DNA from: Tubiluchus corallicola
Taxonomy: Eukaryota > Animalia > Priapulida
Assembly: GCA_030141605.1 (NCBI GenBank)
Contig: JAQGDQ010000025.1
Span: 478,907-542,906 of the forward strand
Length of the DNA stretch: 64,000 nt
Reading direction: 5' to 3'
In this document: in pieces, positions 1 through 15,100 of the stretch
Layout of the letters: every line of letters starts with the position of its first letter
How positions within the stretch are numbered: the first letter of the stretch is position 1
Position numbers and translations under genes: made by a program
Notes under the pieces: model-generated
Databases searched by the model: none
Told to the model about the DNA's origin: nothing
What the model saw: only the letters and a program-made list of their open reading frames with translations

Positions 1-1569
1 CGCATCATTACCGCAAGAAACGCAGTCAAAGGCGTCAGTACCGTAAAAGTGCAAACAACACGTCATTACTGCTGCGCCATTCGTTACCATTTCAACTTCA
101 GAAAGCAAAATGCTTCTTCCTTACCATATCGCAAAGAAACGGCAGTAGCAATTTCAGCTGACAACACGGCCACAGCGATTAACACCGTCACCTGCCGTAT
201 AGTTAAGAACTACAGTTCAGTGACGGTAATTATGTAAAATGCGACTCGGCTCAATTCCCAACGACTCTGCTACCATAGAAACCCCGCCAATGTTCTAAGC
301 TCATGAGAGAAGCATGCTACAAACTCTACATCGATAAATCACACGTAGAGAGCACACCTTAATACTGTTTTTCTCCAAGCAAGCATCACATGACAAGCAC
401 ACGGATAAACAACTACGCGCATCAAGGCTCGTCAAACGTAGGGAGAAATAATAAAGATGTTGTTTACTCAGCGAAACTAATTGCTCTGTCATTAGTAAAC
501 AAATCAATACTTGTTCAAACATGAGCAGCAGGACTGAAAACAAGCAATTAGTATAATAGGCAGTAACCAAGTCTCTATGAGGTAAACCTATTAAAATGCA
601 TTATAATGCTTCAGTGCTTATAGATTGAGACAGGGTTTGTAAAAAAAATAATGGCACTGAAACACCACTATTGGTAGACTAATTTGCCAATACAAGTTTA
701 TTTTGAGAAACAAACAATTAAACAAATGAAAAGCAATTTATTTATTTTCTAGCTTTCCTGGTTTATCCTAATTTACAGCTGGTTAAACGGGAAACTTATT
801 CACTAACAATATGCCAATGAAAAGTAGTTAAAGTGTAATATGCACAATAACATTTATTACAAATTCCCCTTAAGCCCCAATCATACTTATATAAAAAAAT
901 AAGTGTGGATAGATAAATAAATTTCTATCAATAATTGATAAGCTTGACAATTAAGATTATGAACAAATAAAAATAAGCATAATCAATAAACATGGACTTA
1001 TCAATGGCTGTTACAATCTGTACCCTTTTCCTTTAAATTAAACATTGTACTAAAATTCATACGTTTTTCTGTAATTCTGTACATGCTCTTTAAATATGAA
1101 TTTAATGTTTCTGATAATGTTATTAAAGCGACATTAGCTTTGTCAGTTAGTTCAGTAGCACTTTTGGTAGATGGCAACACCAACTTAAAACAGAAGTGTG
1201 TTTTAAATTGTAATTCTGAATTTAAGGCAAAACTTAGTTTCCTACAGAAGGCTTGAAAGCGAGAAAATAAATGTGTGACAGTTAAAACAATACGCATTTT
1301 GACAACTTTGTTCTTTGCAGTAATAGGCTACATGGTGGCAGCATTCTAAGCACTGCAAACTGATAATGAACGTCACACAACGAAATAAATTTTATCATTA
1401 CTAAATATTTAATTAGCAATTTTAATTTGAATTTCTAAATACTTTCCCCCATCATAACATGACAGGGCAGCTTCACACTGCCACTTGAATTCTACAGTTT
1501 ATTGCAAATAAATAGTACAAACGAGAAATGAGGCATTATAGTCTTAACAGGTTATCTAAGCAGCAATTA

Positions 1570-1985
1570 ATCAACCAATGAGACAAATCAATTAACCAAT
1601 CACCAACCAACTAGACAATAAACCAATAAACTGGCTGGCTAACTAACTAACCAACTAGCACTAACCCACTGACCAACAGGCTAACTAACTAACCAACTAA
1701 TAAACCAATCAACTTGTCAGGCCTGCTAGCCAAGTTATGATCTACAACCCCTCAGGACTGGGTCATTCAGTTACAACCAGCTACTTTCCACAAGTTATTT
1801 GGCTGAGGCGTATGCAGAGACGAGATGGCTTATACTGCAAGACTTGGGCAAAAACTTCTTTCCTCAAAACAGTTTTAGGCCATTAAACAAGCCTGGTTAG
1901 AAGGTCTCTGTTCAGAAACAGCACAACTGAATTAACTCTTGCGATAGTGTGGCTCGAACTTGCAGCCTCCGAATACACTACCAAA
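1570..1985 (-). mobile_element. Putative SINE with tRNA-like head and degenerate (AGTT/GGTT)n tail
   Basis: Minus-strand TGGTAGTG..AGTTCGAGCC (B-box-like, ~1950-1960), GC-richer body, degenerate tetranucleotide tail at ~1570-1712. Confidence 0.45.
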
Positions 1986-2746
1986 GAATTATTACACACA
2001 TTTACACATATCACACTCTATCATTTAACTAGTTGTGATCAGTAGTATGTGATGTATATATGGAAAGTTCCTTTTACTTATTTGAAAAACATTCTAATGC
2101 CATCACAGGTGATAAACACCAACGTGATTTGGCTTATTGGCTGCTAATAAACAGGAACTCTTCTATATCCGTACATTTTCCCTAAGCAACAATAAGTAAA
2201 CTGTGCCTGTCTCTTTTTGCATACAGTATGAGCATTTACCCACGAAGTGTGTAAACCCAAAAAGACATAAGGCAAAGTATCTTTAACTTAACCACTTTTA
2301 TTTTGAACTACGTAAACAAATTTGACACATAATCTTGAAACAAAAAGCATTAAAAATGCAGTAAAATGGCTACAGGCGGTGCCTAATAAAGCCATCACAG
2401 TAAAGACAACTAAAAAACCATCTTTTCTATTTTTGACTGAATTTATTTCATGGCACTCATTTTTAACACTTACAGTAAAGCACAAGGCTCCACACTGTAA
2501 AGAAAATTATTAGAGCAAAATTTAACCAAAATGTCAAATTTCAGTTCAAGTTTTGCATGCAGCATATGACGAATCATATGAGACTACTTCACAAAGCAAA
2601 ACAGTAATTCATTATCAGTAATTCAGTGATAATATCAGTGATAATAAGAGTAATTGGTGCACTAAAGATGTATTTAATAAAATTCGTTAAGTGGTATTTT
2701 TTTGTACATTATTAGCAATGTATGCAACAATTTAAAGCTTCAAAAT

Positions 2747-5700
2747 TCAGCTGACAGCTTTCAGTTCAACATCAAAGAGGAGCACACTGTTAGGAGGTAT
2801 TGGTCCTTGTGCAGTTGAACCATATCTGAAAATAAAAAAAGTTAAAGATTATCAATTTACGAAACCGAACCTGCAACGTCAACCTCCCAAAAAGCAGAAC
2901 TCTGAACAAAAAATTCATTTGAAGATGCTTTTGTATCTGCATTTTTAGCAGTTTTATAATTTTGTCTGCATAGTTTACTCTGGCAGGTAATAAAATATCA
3001 TTACTGCAACTTATGTGAAAATTTGGTATCCCAACCACATAAATCTAGCTGTTTTGTCCTGCCTTTCATGTCAAGGTAATTGGGTAAAAGTGGGATAGTC
3101 TATAATTCGAATGCAAGTTTGTCAACTAAAGTCCACTATAAACTCCAAACAGGAGTAGCAGGATTGCATTATTTACGCAATAATTGCTTATATGGTGATA
3201 AACAGTAAGTGTCTGGTCATTATTGTGTGGTCATTTATTTGTGTGGTCACTGCACAGTCTCTCGGCATTTAGTGCGGCCCAAAAGCCAGAAGACAGTTTT
3301 GCTGGTAAAAATTATGTCAAAACATGTCAAACAAATTATGTAGCTAAGGTGAAGCAATAATGGAGTACTAATAGAATGTCTCAGATACTATAATTTAATT
3401 TTTACAATGATGACCTTTCATAATATGATTGAAATGCAAAGTATCCAATAATTTGAATTCACGAGTATTATGCATATGTAAGACCTGAAAATCCCAACTC
3501 TTTTAAATACTGCAGTGTTTCCTATACAGTATTTAAATACTATAATTTTTTCTAAATAGTGCTAAAACTGCTACGGCTGCAGCTACTACAGCTACTGTTG
3601 TCGGTACTTACCCAAGTTTTGATGGTACTTTTATAGTTCGTTTACCTCCAACCTGCATACCTGAAAATATTTAAAAAGCACATGAAGTCAACTACAGTAA
3701 TGAACGAGCATTTGTAAAAAGATGCATAGGCTACATCAACAAGCAGTTGCACAGACATTTTAAAGCCACATCGAATATGGACGCAATGAAGTAAAATAAT
3801 ATTAAATGCGACAGTAATTCGAATAGCATCCTTAAGCTCTGCAGCCATACCATAGTTGATACAGTAATTTAAAAAGCTTGAATAGCTAGCTTAATACTGT
3901 ACTTAAAAGCCCAGAGACTACAGTCAAACCTCTTTATACCACCTACTTTGTGAATGCAAAAAAAAAGTTTGGCATTATAACAAGATGCATTAACATGTGC
4001 TTGTCTGCGCAAATATAGACATTTTGCTTTGCTAAAAATATGGGCATTAAGTGAAGTTGGCATTTTAAGGGGGGGGGGGGCATTACAGCCAGGCTTAATT
4101 GCAGTTCCTATAAACAGTGGCACTAGTGTCAAAAACAATTAATTCCAAATCTAAATTAGCAGTATTAATCTTGCTTACATAAGCACTAATTGATTTAGAT
4201 AAAACAGCTCTCGACATCAACATTTTTCTCTAATATATAAGCAGCCGTTTTTACCTGCGATGCCCATATCCCAGCCTCTGATAACCTCGCCACTACCAAG
4301 TCTGAACCGGAATGGTTTTCCTTTGGTACACGAATCAAATTCCTTGTTGCTTTGTGCAAGTTGCCCCGTATAGTAGACATAGATCTATTGATAAATCAGC
4401 ATTAATGATTACTCCAGACAGCATCACGACAGTAATATTGGAAATGTTTTTTATTTGCCAAGCATCAAACTAAAAATATGTGGTTCTAGGTTTGGATGGT
4501 CAACTTACATATTTTCCAGCTTTTGCCAAGGGGCCGTTGCCTTTCTTTATGTCTTTAATGGTCAAACCACCAGGTAAAACAACCACATTCTGATCAGTCT
4601 TTTTACTCTCTTCGTGTGCTGAAAGCTAGGAAATAAAAAAGTAAGCGACTGGCTTAATACTATGGCAATATATTTAAATGGAATCAAATGGGCTTTCATA
4701 TACTTCAACATGCTACAACATGCTTAATCCACAATATGGCAGATACAAGGTACAGTATTACAGTATACGAGGTGTAAGGTGACCATTAGGCGTGACTATC
4801 TAACTATCAGCAGTTTTCTAAACGAATCACTTCTCCACATGTCAGCAGTGATAAGTACAGCTACCATTATGCATATTTATCTCTTACAGGAATTCCCAAA
4901 ACAACATGTAAATTCATGAAATGGCTCTTAAATATCCATTTTTAATTCGAAAAACTAGAAGATCAGCAAAATTCTAGCAATAAATAACAACTTTATTCTT
5001 ATTAAACTAATAAGAGTAAAATTCAAGTGTTTTTTGACGGCCGACAGTTTAAAAGAGCCTAAAGTGTCTAGAAGGTTAAGACTAGTTATGAAGGCCAGAT
5101 ATAAGTAAACGTACAAAGGCTATGATAAAATAATCTTTTGTTACTTTTTAATACCCAGGTGATATTGTTGTGCTTTCTACATATCACGCAACATTAGACT
5201 TCCATAATTAGTTTTAATTTGTTGTAAGCTCTGAGGTTACATGAACTAATGAATTTCAAAAAAAGAAAAAAATAGTTATTCCACTAATGACTGCAGTAGC
5301 AGCTAAAGCTTTGTCTTTCACCGATAATAACAATAAAATGTTGTATTATTTTTTTTCATTATTTCATGGCAGTAATTTTAAAAACTATTGTATAGATCAA
5401 AGGCTTGATTAAAGTGGAAAAATTATAAAAATTATTAATTGTTACATATTATTAAAAGCAAGAAATTACTAGTCAGGTTACTACTAAGTACATTTTGGTA
5501 AAATTAAGTTTTGAAATTTTAAATGCGAAAGAGGAAATTTCTATGCTGACAGTGTTAACTGCAATAACCAAAATGCTAAATTGTTAATTGGTCTAACTAA
5601 TGACCGAGTTTAAAATTTAAAATCATATAAAATCCGTCATTTAATTCACTGGGTTTAAAACCTTTCTATGTAGGAGTTAGAAGGCCTTATAGATGATGTT

Positions 5701-8700
5701 AACACTGAGATAATAGTCAAAAATATGGAGCAAGCTGCAAGCTATGCACACTGTAAATGTTAGCAACTTAAATGTTTGGTGCAAATGTTTTATACTTTCT
5801 CAATCGTGGTTTTGGACACAGCAGTTGTAGCAAGCACGTATTTACCTCTGCGAAGGACGGTAAACCATTTGAAAAGCAAAAGGCCTTCTCTGTCATTCCA
5901 CCAAGAAGCAAAATATTAATAGAAAAAAAAACAATCTTAGCCCATAAAAATCCTCGGGTCTACCTTATTTGCCTGAATCTGCTCTTTTTTCAATCTGTTC
6001 TTTTCTTTCCGCTTTTCTTTTTTGCTCATTTTAACACTGCTTTTTTGTTTGTCCTCAATTCCGTTGATGCTTGTCCTCTTTTCTTCAAGATTCTTGTTTG
6101 TTTTTTTGCTACCTGCATCTATAATGTATTACAGAAATGAGAAACTCAAAATGTAAAATTGCTTTAGCGTAAAACTGAGATAAACTGAAATAATACAATC
6201 CAGGACTCAGTAAAAGCAGGCATGTTATCAGCAAACAGTTTCTTATGCACTATGTATACATTTTTAGACATCTAATGTTTTCACTTGATGAACATAGTAA
6301 CTATACAATGATAAAATACCAATGGCATCTGTAAATTTTAGTAGGAGTTAATTACATTATGATAGGGGTTATATATCAATGATGCTAGTCTTATTTAATA
6401 TCTTTTTAGGTTTCTACATGTACTACACCCTAGTCAGTAGGGATGGCTGCAATTTACTATTCAGTGACTTGGTTTCTTCCTGCATATTTTGGGAAGTGAT
6501 CTTAGTTTGGGTCAACTCTCGACTTGATCCTACTTTGAGTTTCCAAAACAATCCTGCCATTCTAGTACTACGCTGCACACCTTATATTTTGCCAATGCAT
6601 GTTTCAGACTATGACCTTTTGAAAACTTTTTACGTTGACTTTCATCATATCATGAAGCCATTGATGAATTCTTGATGTTCATTTATTTGTTATACTTCAG
6701 TCAGATATCTTCTACATAATTGTCCTTATAGGCGACTGTGATCCCACTGACCCAAGATCTATTATTTCCTATTACAGAAGTATTCAAGCAGTCAATAATT
6801 TGTTGAAAATGGGCCTTAAATTTTAAAAATTATTTTTACAAGTTCTAAGACTTTTAAAAATAGTCCTGACAAGTGCTTGCAATTAGCCAACAAATTACGC
6901 TTCAGCAGAATGGTTTGCGAAATTTCAACTTCAACTTTGATTAATCAGAACTGAAACAAGGATAAAAAATTTCATGTACTATTAGCACTGTACAAAATAG
7001 TATGATCACAGAACAGCTACAGCAATCACCATGCTCTACCTCATCTCTTTTTGAAAACATTTATTATCATCAACATCATCATCATTGTTGACATCATCAT
7101 CATCATCATCGTCATCCCTTGGCTTTATACTACCAATGACATCATAATTGTAGCTAATGCTAGCCACCAACCATCATTGCTAATGTGCAAAATTACTGGC
7201 TAAATTACTGCAATAAGACAAAATGCTTTATTTAGTAAGATTTGTAACTTCATCTTCTAGATAGTAACTCTTAAGAGCAAATATCATTAATTGGAAAAGA
7301 AAAAAGTGTTGACAGAGAAACTTGACAGCAGCAACCATTAAGCTACTGCTGGCTCTAGCTGATAATGCTACTAACACATTACTGTTGTATACAATATTTA
7401 TACCTTTCTTTGCAATATTGGTCTTGGATATACTGGCAGCTAAACCTGTAGGCTCTCCGCTCTTAAAAAAATGAACATCATATTAAGAAGATGTCATATT
7501 AGTACCGATGAACCATTACAAACATTTGCAACAACCTTCAATACTATGTCTAATAAACGTAGTACAAAAGTAAAATACACTAATAGGGTATACCAGGGTG
7601 TCATTCTCTTTTAGTTTTTCCCAGTTGCTCATCTGAAGAACTATCTTCACAGATGATTTTCTGATCATATCAGTTTTCAAACGGATTTAATACTATAAAT
7701 TGCAATTCACATCATAAAATTTAAAACTATAGATATAACACGCAACTTAACTGCATCCTTAACATAGTTTAGCTTTAGTTACATCTATGTAAATTTTAGT
7801 ATACGACAGCATGTAAACAGTGCTACTATTAGTACATTACGTATGTGGCGATATCTATTGACAAGAAGGATAAAGGATTATAAGCTAATCTAAGCAATTT
7901 AATAAGACTAGTAGCTTCATACGGTTCATCTGTCATGGTACCAAGGTAATCAACAAGGTCTTCAGGCCCACTGAGTTTTCTGTATTTAACCTTAACTTTC
8001 AAGTGTTTTCATATCTTCGTAAGATCGAAGGTTTGCATTGATGTTTTTAAACCACATAAACTGCACACATTTATAAACTGAACAAACACGACACAAATAA
8101 AAAAACAGATTTTTAGGCATGTTTAATATACATTGTGGCATTCTGCAAGTCATTACCCAGCACTCTGTGGCACATTCTATTGTAGATGTTTATTGTAGAA
8201 TCAAAACCTAATACACTATCACTTATAATCTGGAGGAACAAAAAAGTTGATGGAACACTCAATTAATTAAATTTTCATAACAACTTTGAAAAACAGGAAT
8301 GTGAAAAAGTTGTAATTCAGGCTGGATTTGAACCATGGACCTTCTACTTACAAGGCATATACCCTACCCCACTCGGCCACTGCAGCTCTCAGTAGTCAAA
8401 GCAGTCCAAAGTTCATCCATTATAGCTAGCCAACTGAATTTAGCAGTTCCAATGTTATTTCATTAAAAATAATCTTGACATTAAGAATATAATAACTGAT
8501 TATGTTGTACAACACCAGCAATAAAAATCTACTTATCAAAATACAAACTAGAAAGCTCATTCTTCAAATCATACGTAAGTTTCTCTATTATTTTTACTCT
8601 TCGTCTAGACAGCAACATCCATTCACTGATTAGGTCAATCATGCAAAAGTGATTTACACAAATTGATGACAATTTACAAGAAACCAGTTCAAGCTCACTT

Positions 8701-11700
8701 AGCATTATCCATTCTAATTTAATTTCTTACTATAAATAAATGGGTGCAGTATAGAATTACCAACCTCACCAGTTTGCATTTGTCGTTTCTTCAATTTCTT
8801 TTTCTTCTTTTCGCCCGTGCTAGTGAGAGGCGATTTACTAGCACCGGGCGTCAAAGAAGCTGATGTGTCGCCCTTGGAACTCGGCTTATAGCTGCCTAAA
8901 AAATTGTATAATTCCCAGATGGCTTACTAAGCAAAATACTTTTCACGAAGGCAAATGCTTTGTTAGTATTCTAATCATACAGGCATTTCAAGGTAAATAA
9001 CCTTCAAGGCATAAAATAAATTTCATAAATGCATGTTAGGTATCAGGCTAAGTTTTGTGATAGTTACAAAACTGGGTGAGTTAGGGTGGATAAGCGCAAA
9101 AGATGATTTTTAGTAAAAAAGACTTTTTAACAAATCAAGATAACTGGTGATATTTTGGGAAGAAATGGCATTGCTAACTTTTTTGTGGCATCAAACGTAA
9201 TGTGCATTCCACAGATTTTTGACCTATCATTGTTACATCAAACATGTGAATCACACATGCGCACGCATCTTAATAAAATTTTAAACTAAGTAATAGAAAG
9301 TATAAAGCTGAAGTTAGAAAAAGACACAAACTCAGCAGAATTTAATACATTTTAATACAGACTGTTAACTATTTCACAACCGCCAACATTTAAATTGAGA
9401 ACGAGTGCATGCGCTCAGATATTTTGCTAGGAAGTTCATACTATGCATGATCCTATAAACAAGTAAAATGTAAGATACCATACCTGTAGTATCATTGGCA
9501 TCAAAACTAGAAGAAAAGTCTAATCGTTTACCCACAACCGAATCTAAAATAATAATCTAAATCAGTTAATTGCCAACAAACGTCAAGACACATGCATGTT
9601 AACTTTCTAGAATTCGGTTTTGCAAATTTTTACAACTAGTGACACCCTATCGAAATCAAGATACAATGTTACAAACAAAAGATGAGCAAGTATAAATGAC
9701 ACGAGTTTGTTAAAACAATTTGCTATGGACCCATGTACAAATTTACAAAGCCATCATTAAAAATTTTTAAAACTACTTGAAGAACAAATACGTAACAAAC
9801 GTGTTGGGTTACAATTAACACGACTGTACTTCCTAAAATCAAACACGGTCCTCTGGAACTATCCACAATGAATTTAAACAACTGTAAACTGTAACTACAT
9901 CTGAATGCATGTTGGTATAGTTCTGCCTGTACAGACACTAGCAAGTGCAGAAAATTGTTTGAGAACAGACTGCCAGTAAAACTGAATACTGATAATTACT
10001 TATTTGATCGCTCACAGACTAGGCAAAATATCTATAAAGCATTTTCATGGCTTATAACTCGTATTTCCAAAAAAAAGCCTGACTAACGCCTGCAATATTT
10101 GATAATCTTATTTAAAAACATCCCTAAATAAACAAAAAATGAGGTAGACAATAGTTCACAGCTTCTCTTACGTACCATCAGCAATATTATCCATTTCACC
10201 TTCACTACTTGTTGGTAAAGATGACTCTTCTCCCTATATTAAACAAATAAATATATAAACAAAAATTAGCATCCAATATATATAATGTAGTACATTATAT
10301 TGCCTTATATTATTATATATAATATAATATAATATAATATAATATAATATAATATAATATAATATAATATAATATAATATAATATAATATAATATAATAT
10401 AATATAATATAATATAATATAATATAATATAATATAATATAATATAATATAATATAATATAATATAATATAATATAATATAATATAATATAATATAATAT
10501 AATATAATATAATATAATATAATATCATATATAATAATATAATATACTATATTATATATATATATATATTGGATGCTAATTTTTGTTTACATATTACATA
10601 ATCTATCAAAAGTGGATATAAAACAAACAATGCCAACAACACGAATTTTTCTTCCACCAGTTTTTGTCCACGTATCGTGGTGTTTCATAAATGTCGAGTT
10701 TACTGTATCGTTCTTTTCGAAAATTTCCAAAGACAAAAGGCTACAAAAACTCGATAGATGTGTTGCTTTAATTTCTATTCTCAAAAGTGAAACTCAACAT
10801 TTACACAGATTTGGTATTAATGGCAGCTGTTCTACTGTTAACTATTCTAAGCTTGAAATAGTATAAGCAATGTCATTATTGATGGATATTGCCACAGACT
10901 TACTGAAATTTGACATAGACATTATTCAACTTTAGTCATGAAGCACACACCATAACCACTCAACTATTCCTTACACTAGTATTTCTGTAGTTGTATTTCA
11001 CCCTAAATTCTATGCTGATATCCATCACCAGAGAATTATCATTACTTCATTATTTATCAAGTAAGTCTGAAACTTTTTGTTTGCTGCAAACAAACTGTGC
11101 ATCTCCAGAAGTAGTACATTTTGATTTGATAAAAAGATATGTTAAAACCCATGAAGCTCTGGACTCTGGATATTAAATGTTCAAAAAATATGAAACTTCC
11201 CATTCATTCTAACCTAGTATTTTCCACGATGAATGTAATGGTGATAATGACATAGACAATGACCAGGACAATGCGAATGAAAATAACAAATACATCATTG
11301 TTTTCTGATCTTTCACATTGCATTCAAGGAAAAAAGTTTGGTTTTCAACAACATACTTTCTATTTAAGCTTGTTACAGGTAAGAAGAACGACAATAATGA
11401 CAGTGATCAAGTCGGGACGATGACGAAGACAACGACACAGATCATAAGAATGATAATTGTCAATGTAAATACTATTACCTCATCATCACTGTCTTCAAAG
11501 TTGTCTTCTAGATCTGCAAATAAAAATAGATATCAAAAACATGAGGCTTATACATAAAACAAACCTTCAAGTGTAAAACATGCAGCAGTGTTCGTTTAAT
11601 ATTCCTATGAAAAATAAGCTATTTGCCTAAAGTTAGCAAATAATTTATCATCGTACCGCTAATTAATAGCTCAGCTGGAGCCATCAGAAAAGTTAATGAA

Positions 11701-12163
11701 ACCAAGGAGTCTGATAACTTTTATTTAACTATAATTTTCTTTTTTCTTGTAACTAGTTGCACTGCCACACGACCAAAGTTAATACAGAATAAAAAGAACA
11801 CAAATGAACAAATAAAAAAGGGTTTCGCCCACCTTTTTTCAACCTTTTAGCAGATTTCTTTGAGGAATCAAACATATCTCCCCCGCTTCTTTTCTTCTGC
11901 GGTGCTAAACAATAAAGATACCCGTACTAATTGACACAACATAATACTAAATGTCACTAAATATCACCTGCTAACTTTAGATAAAATCTATTATCAGGAC
12001 TATGTATGGAATGGCAGAGTTGAAGACAAATACTCGAGTTACTTGATTGTTTCTGGTATGTGAGTGTGAAACCACACTTCGGTACTCAACAACAACAAAA
12101 TATATGTATGAGTATTTGCATATAAATAACAATCTATATTCACAATTAGAATAATAAAGTCAT

Positions 12164-12194
<31 letters not shown>

Positions 12195-15100
12195 ACAACA
12201 AACAGTTAGTTGCAAGTTTTAGTAACAATGATATCATTTCTTCGCTAGTAAAGCTGGGTATATGAAATTCACTGCAAGAAGTTCGAGGGTAAGTGGCATT
12301 AATCAATAAAAGATATTGAATAAGAGATTAAACGATGGGAAGAAATATTAAAATGGGATCCAGGAAATTTACAAAATACAAACTGTTGATGCTCCCATGT
12401 TGCAGACTAGGCAAACATTATTTTTTACATTTGTGCAACATTTACCACATCTGTTTAAAGCAAAACAACATCTCTTGTTGTGTTACCTATGATATCAGAT
12501 ATTCATACTTTTCAACGTTCTTCATAGGAATGATAAACAATAATACAAATAATATTCAGGATATACCAATATACAAATAATCGGCCAATTTGTGCACATT
12601 TCAAACCCAAAATAAATAAATGGCGACAAAACAACAATAACAATAATGAACTCACTATGCAATTCACCAGACTGTTTCCGCTTCTTCTTCGAACTGGCAG
12701 CTTTGAGACTGGAAAGTTTCTCAGACTGTTTGTCATCTTCTTCTGTTTGCTGAGTTACTTGTTCTTCATTAGTCATTCTAGTTAGCAACTGGTGCAGCTT
12801 TGGTGCTTCTGAAACACGGCAACAAGCAACTATTTTTATTTTTTTTAATATTTTATGGGCTGTACATATTTTAACATATTTTGTAGTGTGTTTTTAATTT
12901 TAAGTGTGCTTTGTAATTCTTGAATTTATGTGCCAACAAAGTCGATTTATATATGTATAAGTAACATAGGAACAAGCTCACGTTACTATAACAAAAATTT
13001 CTTTTTCTGAACAATGTTTTATTCGTTGGGGTATTGTAGCCCTTCTGGTAGTAATAACTTAATCTTACTGTCTTTATATTAGTCGTTCAATTAGTCATTA
13101 GTTCATCTGTTCATAGTTGTAACACTATTGCCAAAAACCAGGTATTATACAATATTACTGCATTGTACTACTATATTGTATTACCTTGTATTACTACAAA
13201 TGTAAATCATGCCAGATTTAAATCATCTAAATCATGAAAAATTAACAAAAAGCTCCAAGAGCAAAACTGCAAATTTTGAAGACATTCAAAAATATTCTTA
13301 AATTAATTGAAAACTGTTAACTTTTTCCAGTTTTAGTTGTCATGTATTAACAAATTATTTGCAATGGAGGTTTTCTATGCTACCAACTAAATTTTTAACT
13401 AATATTCCAATTATGGAAATCCACTGTTGTTGAAAGTTTTCAGCAAAAACTAGGAAATTAAGAAAAAAGAACATACAAAAAATTTGTGCCATGTTTTTGA
13501 TGTTATTGAAAGGTTGTCTCTCAATGTGTAAATCTACAGATTACATGCTGTTACAACTGTTACTACAGAGTCTTGTCTTTCCTTACCATTTTCAATCTCG
13601 AGCTCCTGCATATTATCATCGTCAGTAATAAACCCAGTTAAATGCACTGTACCTAAGAGAAAACAAAACCAGTCTAATTTCTGAAACAACATTCATTTGT
13701 AAATAACAGTAAATAACACAAATGTAAACAACAGTTTAAGAACTGGAAACCAATTTACGATACAGTGCAATTCTTTTGAAGCCTGATGCACCAGTAAATC
13801 TAGTTATCAAAGTTTAGCGAAGTTTGTCAAGTAAATTTTGAAAGCATTTTACAGGCAAGTTTATTAGAAACATGTTTATGATGTTGTGCACTCATCTGTG
13901 TTAGTTCGTCAGTTTTTGGGAAAACAGCCAAAATTGGCAAAATTAAGCGACTTGTACTGTTGTTTGAACTTGAAATTTGAACCCATTGTAATATTTTGAA
14001 AACAGATATATCGGCTGAATGACAGTATCATATTGCGACTAGTTTTTCAATTCCACTAATATACTGCGCTTACCAATCCATTGTGGCAACTACAAAGTTA
14101 TTAAAATAATGCAAAATTCAAGATATGTTGAGACTTCACATTCTCATTCCTATGGCCATATATTTACTCAAGTTTATCTACCCGCCCACCGCACACGTAA
14201 AATTTCAAGAAACCATCAAAGTAGTTTGCTAGCTAGTGTTCTGTTAAGTTGTGTAAAGTGGAATCAATTATGACACCACGCTTTGAGACGAGACAAAGAT
14301 CCATACCACATGCACAAAGCCAAGTGCACTACCGGCTGAATCTCATGAGACCGAGACCTAGACAAATGCAGTTTACAGTGGCACATCTCTGAACGGAGCA
14401 TTTTTATCAAGCAAAATCAACTGCGAATTTAGTGAATCACATCTCGAGTGATTTAGAACATCTGCACAGTAGAATTACAGTTATTCAAACAGATAGGTTA
14501 GTAAGTCATTCATCTTACTCTTACCTTCACCTTCCAAGAAAAATGTAATGTTTTCGTTCTCATCAAAATGCACGTCTAGAATTTGCTGGTACATTTGTCC
14601 ATGGATCAATGTACATAAAAGAAACTCAGTGCCTTGATGATGCACCATCACCGACACCACAGCAGCCCGTTTTAGAGATACCTGCTCTTTTCGTGAGATA
14701 GCTATAATAACAAAATGCAGTTACATTTAGTAGCAATAGTCGATACATCTTCGTAAGCATCATGGTACAGAAGTAAAGCCAATAAACGACTTTCCATAAA
14801 AAACATGATAACAAATTAAAGTGGTCTTATAAAATGCATTATATAATACATTATACAGTTCTGTTGAATAATACAATTACTGTAATAAAATACAAACAAG
14901 TATCATTAGAATTAGTAGGAAAATTTCACCTTTTCCACCAATAAGTCTTTTTAATGAACAATCAAGTTCAAAAAAATCATTTAATGAATCTACGAGCACA
15001 AATTTTGACAAAATTATATTACAACATGAAGCTGAATTTTAAAATTAATATTAATAAAGAGGGATAGTTCAATTTGATTAATACTACAGTCAAACCTCAT

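Noticed and set aside
1-300. 62-aa ORF and CpG-rich patch at the window start
   Set aside because: Recurrent TACCG/CGGTA-type motifs suggest a truncated repeat or promoter; no recognisable protein, and it cannot be resolved at the window edge.
6604-6650. ATGATGA...CTGA on the FKBP sense strand (C/D snoRNA?)
   Set aside because: The boxes are only ~45 nt apart, with no terminal stem or recognisable guide.
8280-8392. tRNA gene
   Set aside because: A and B boxes are present but there is no proper acceptor stem or cloverleaf, and related decayed copies exist, so it is called a SINE.
10313-10528. 71-aa ORF (ILYYI)n
   Set aside because: Artefact of the (AATAT)n microsatellite.
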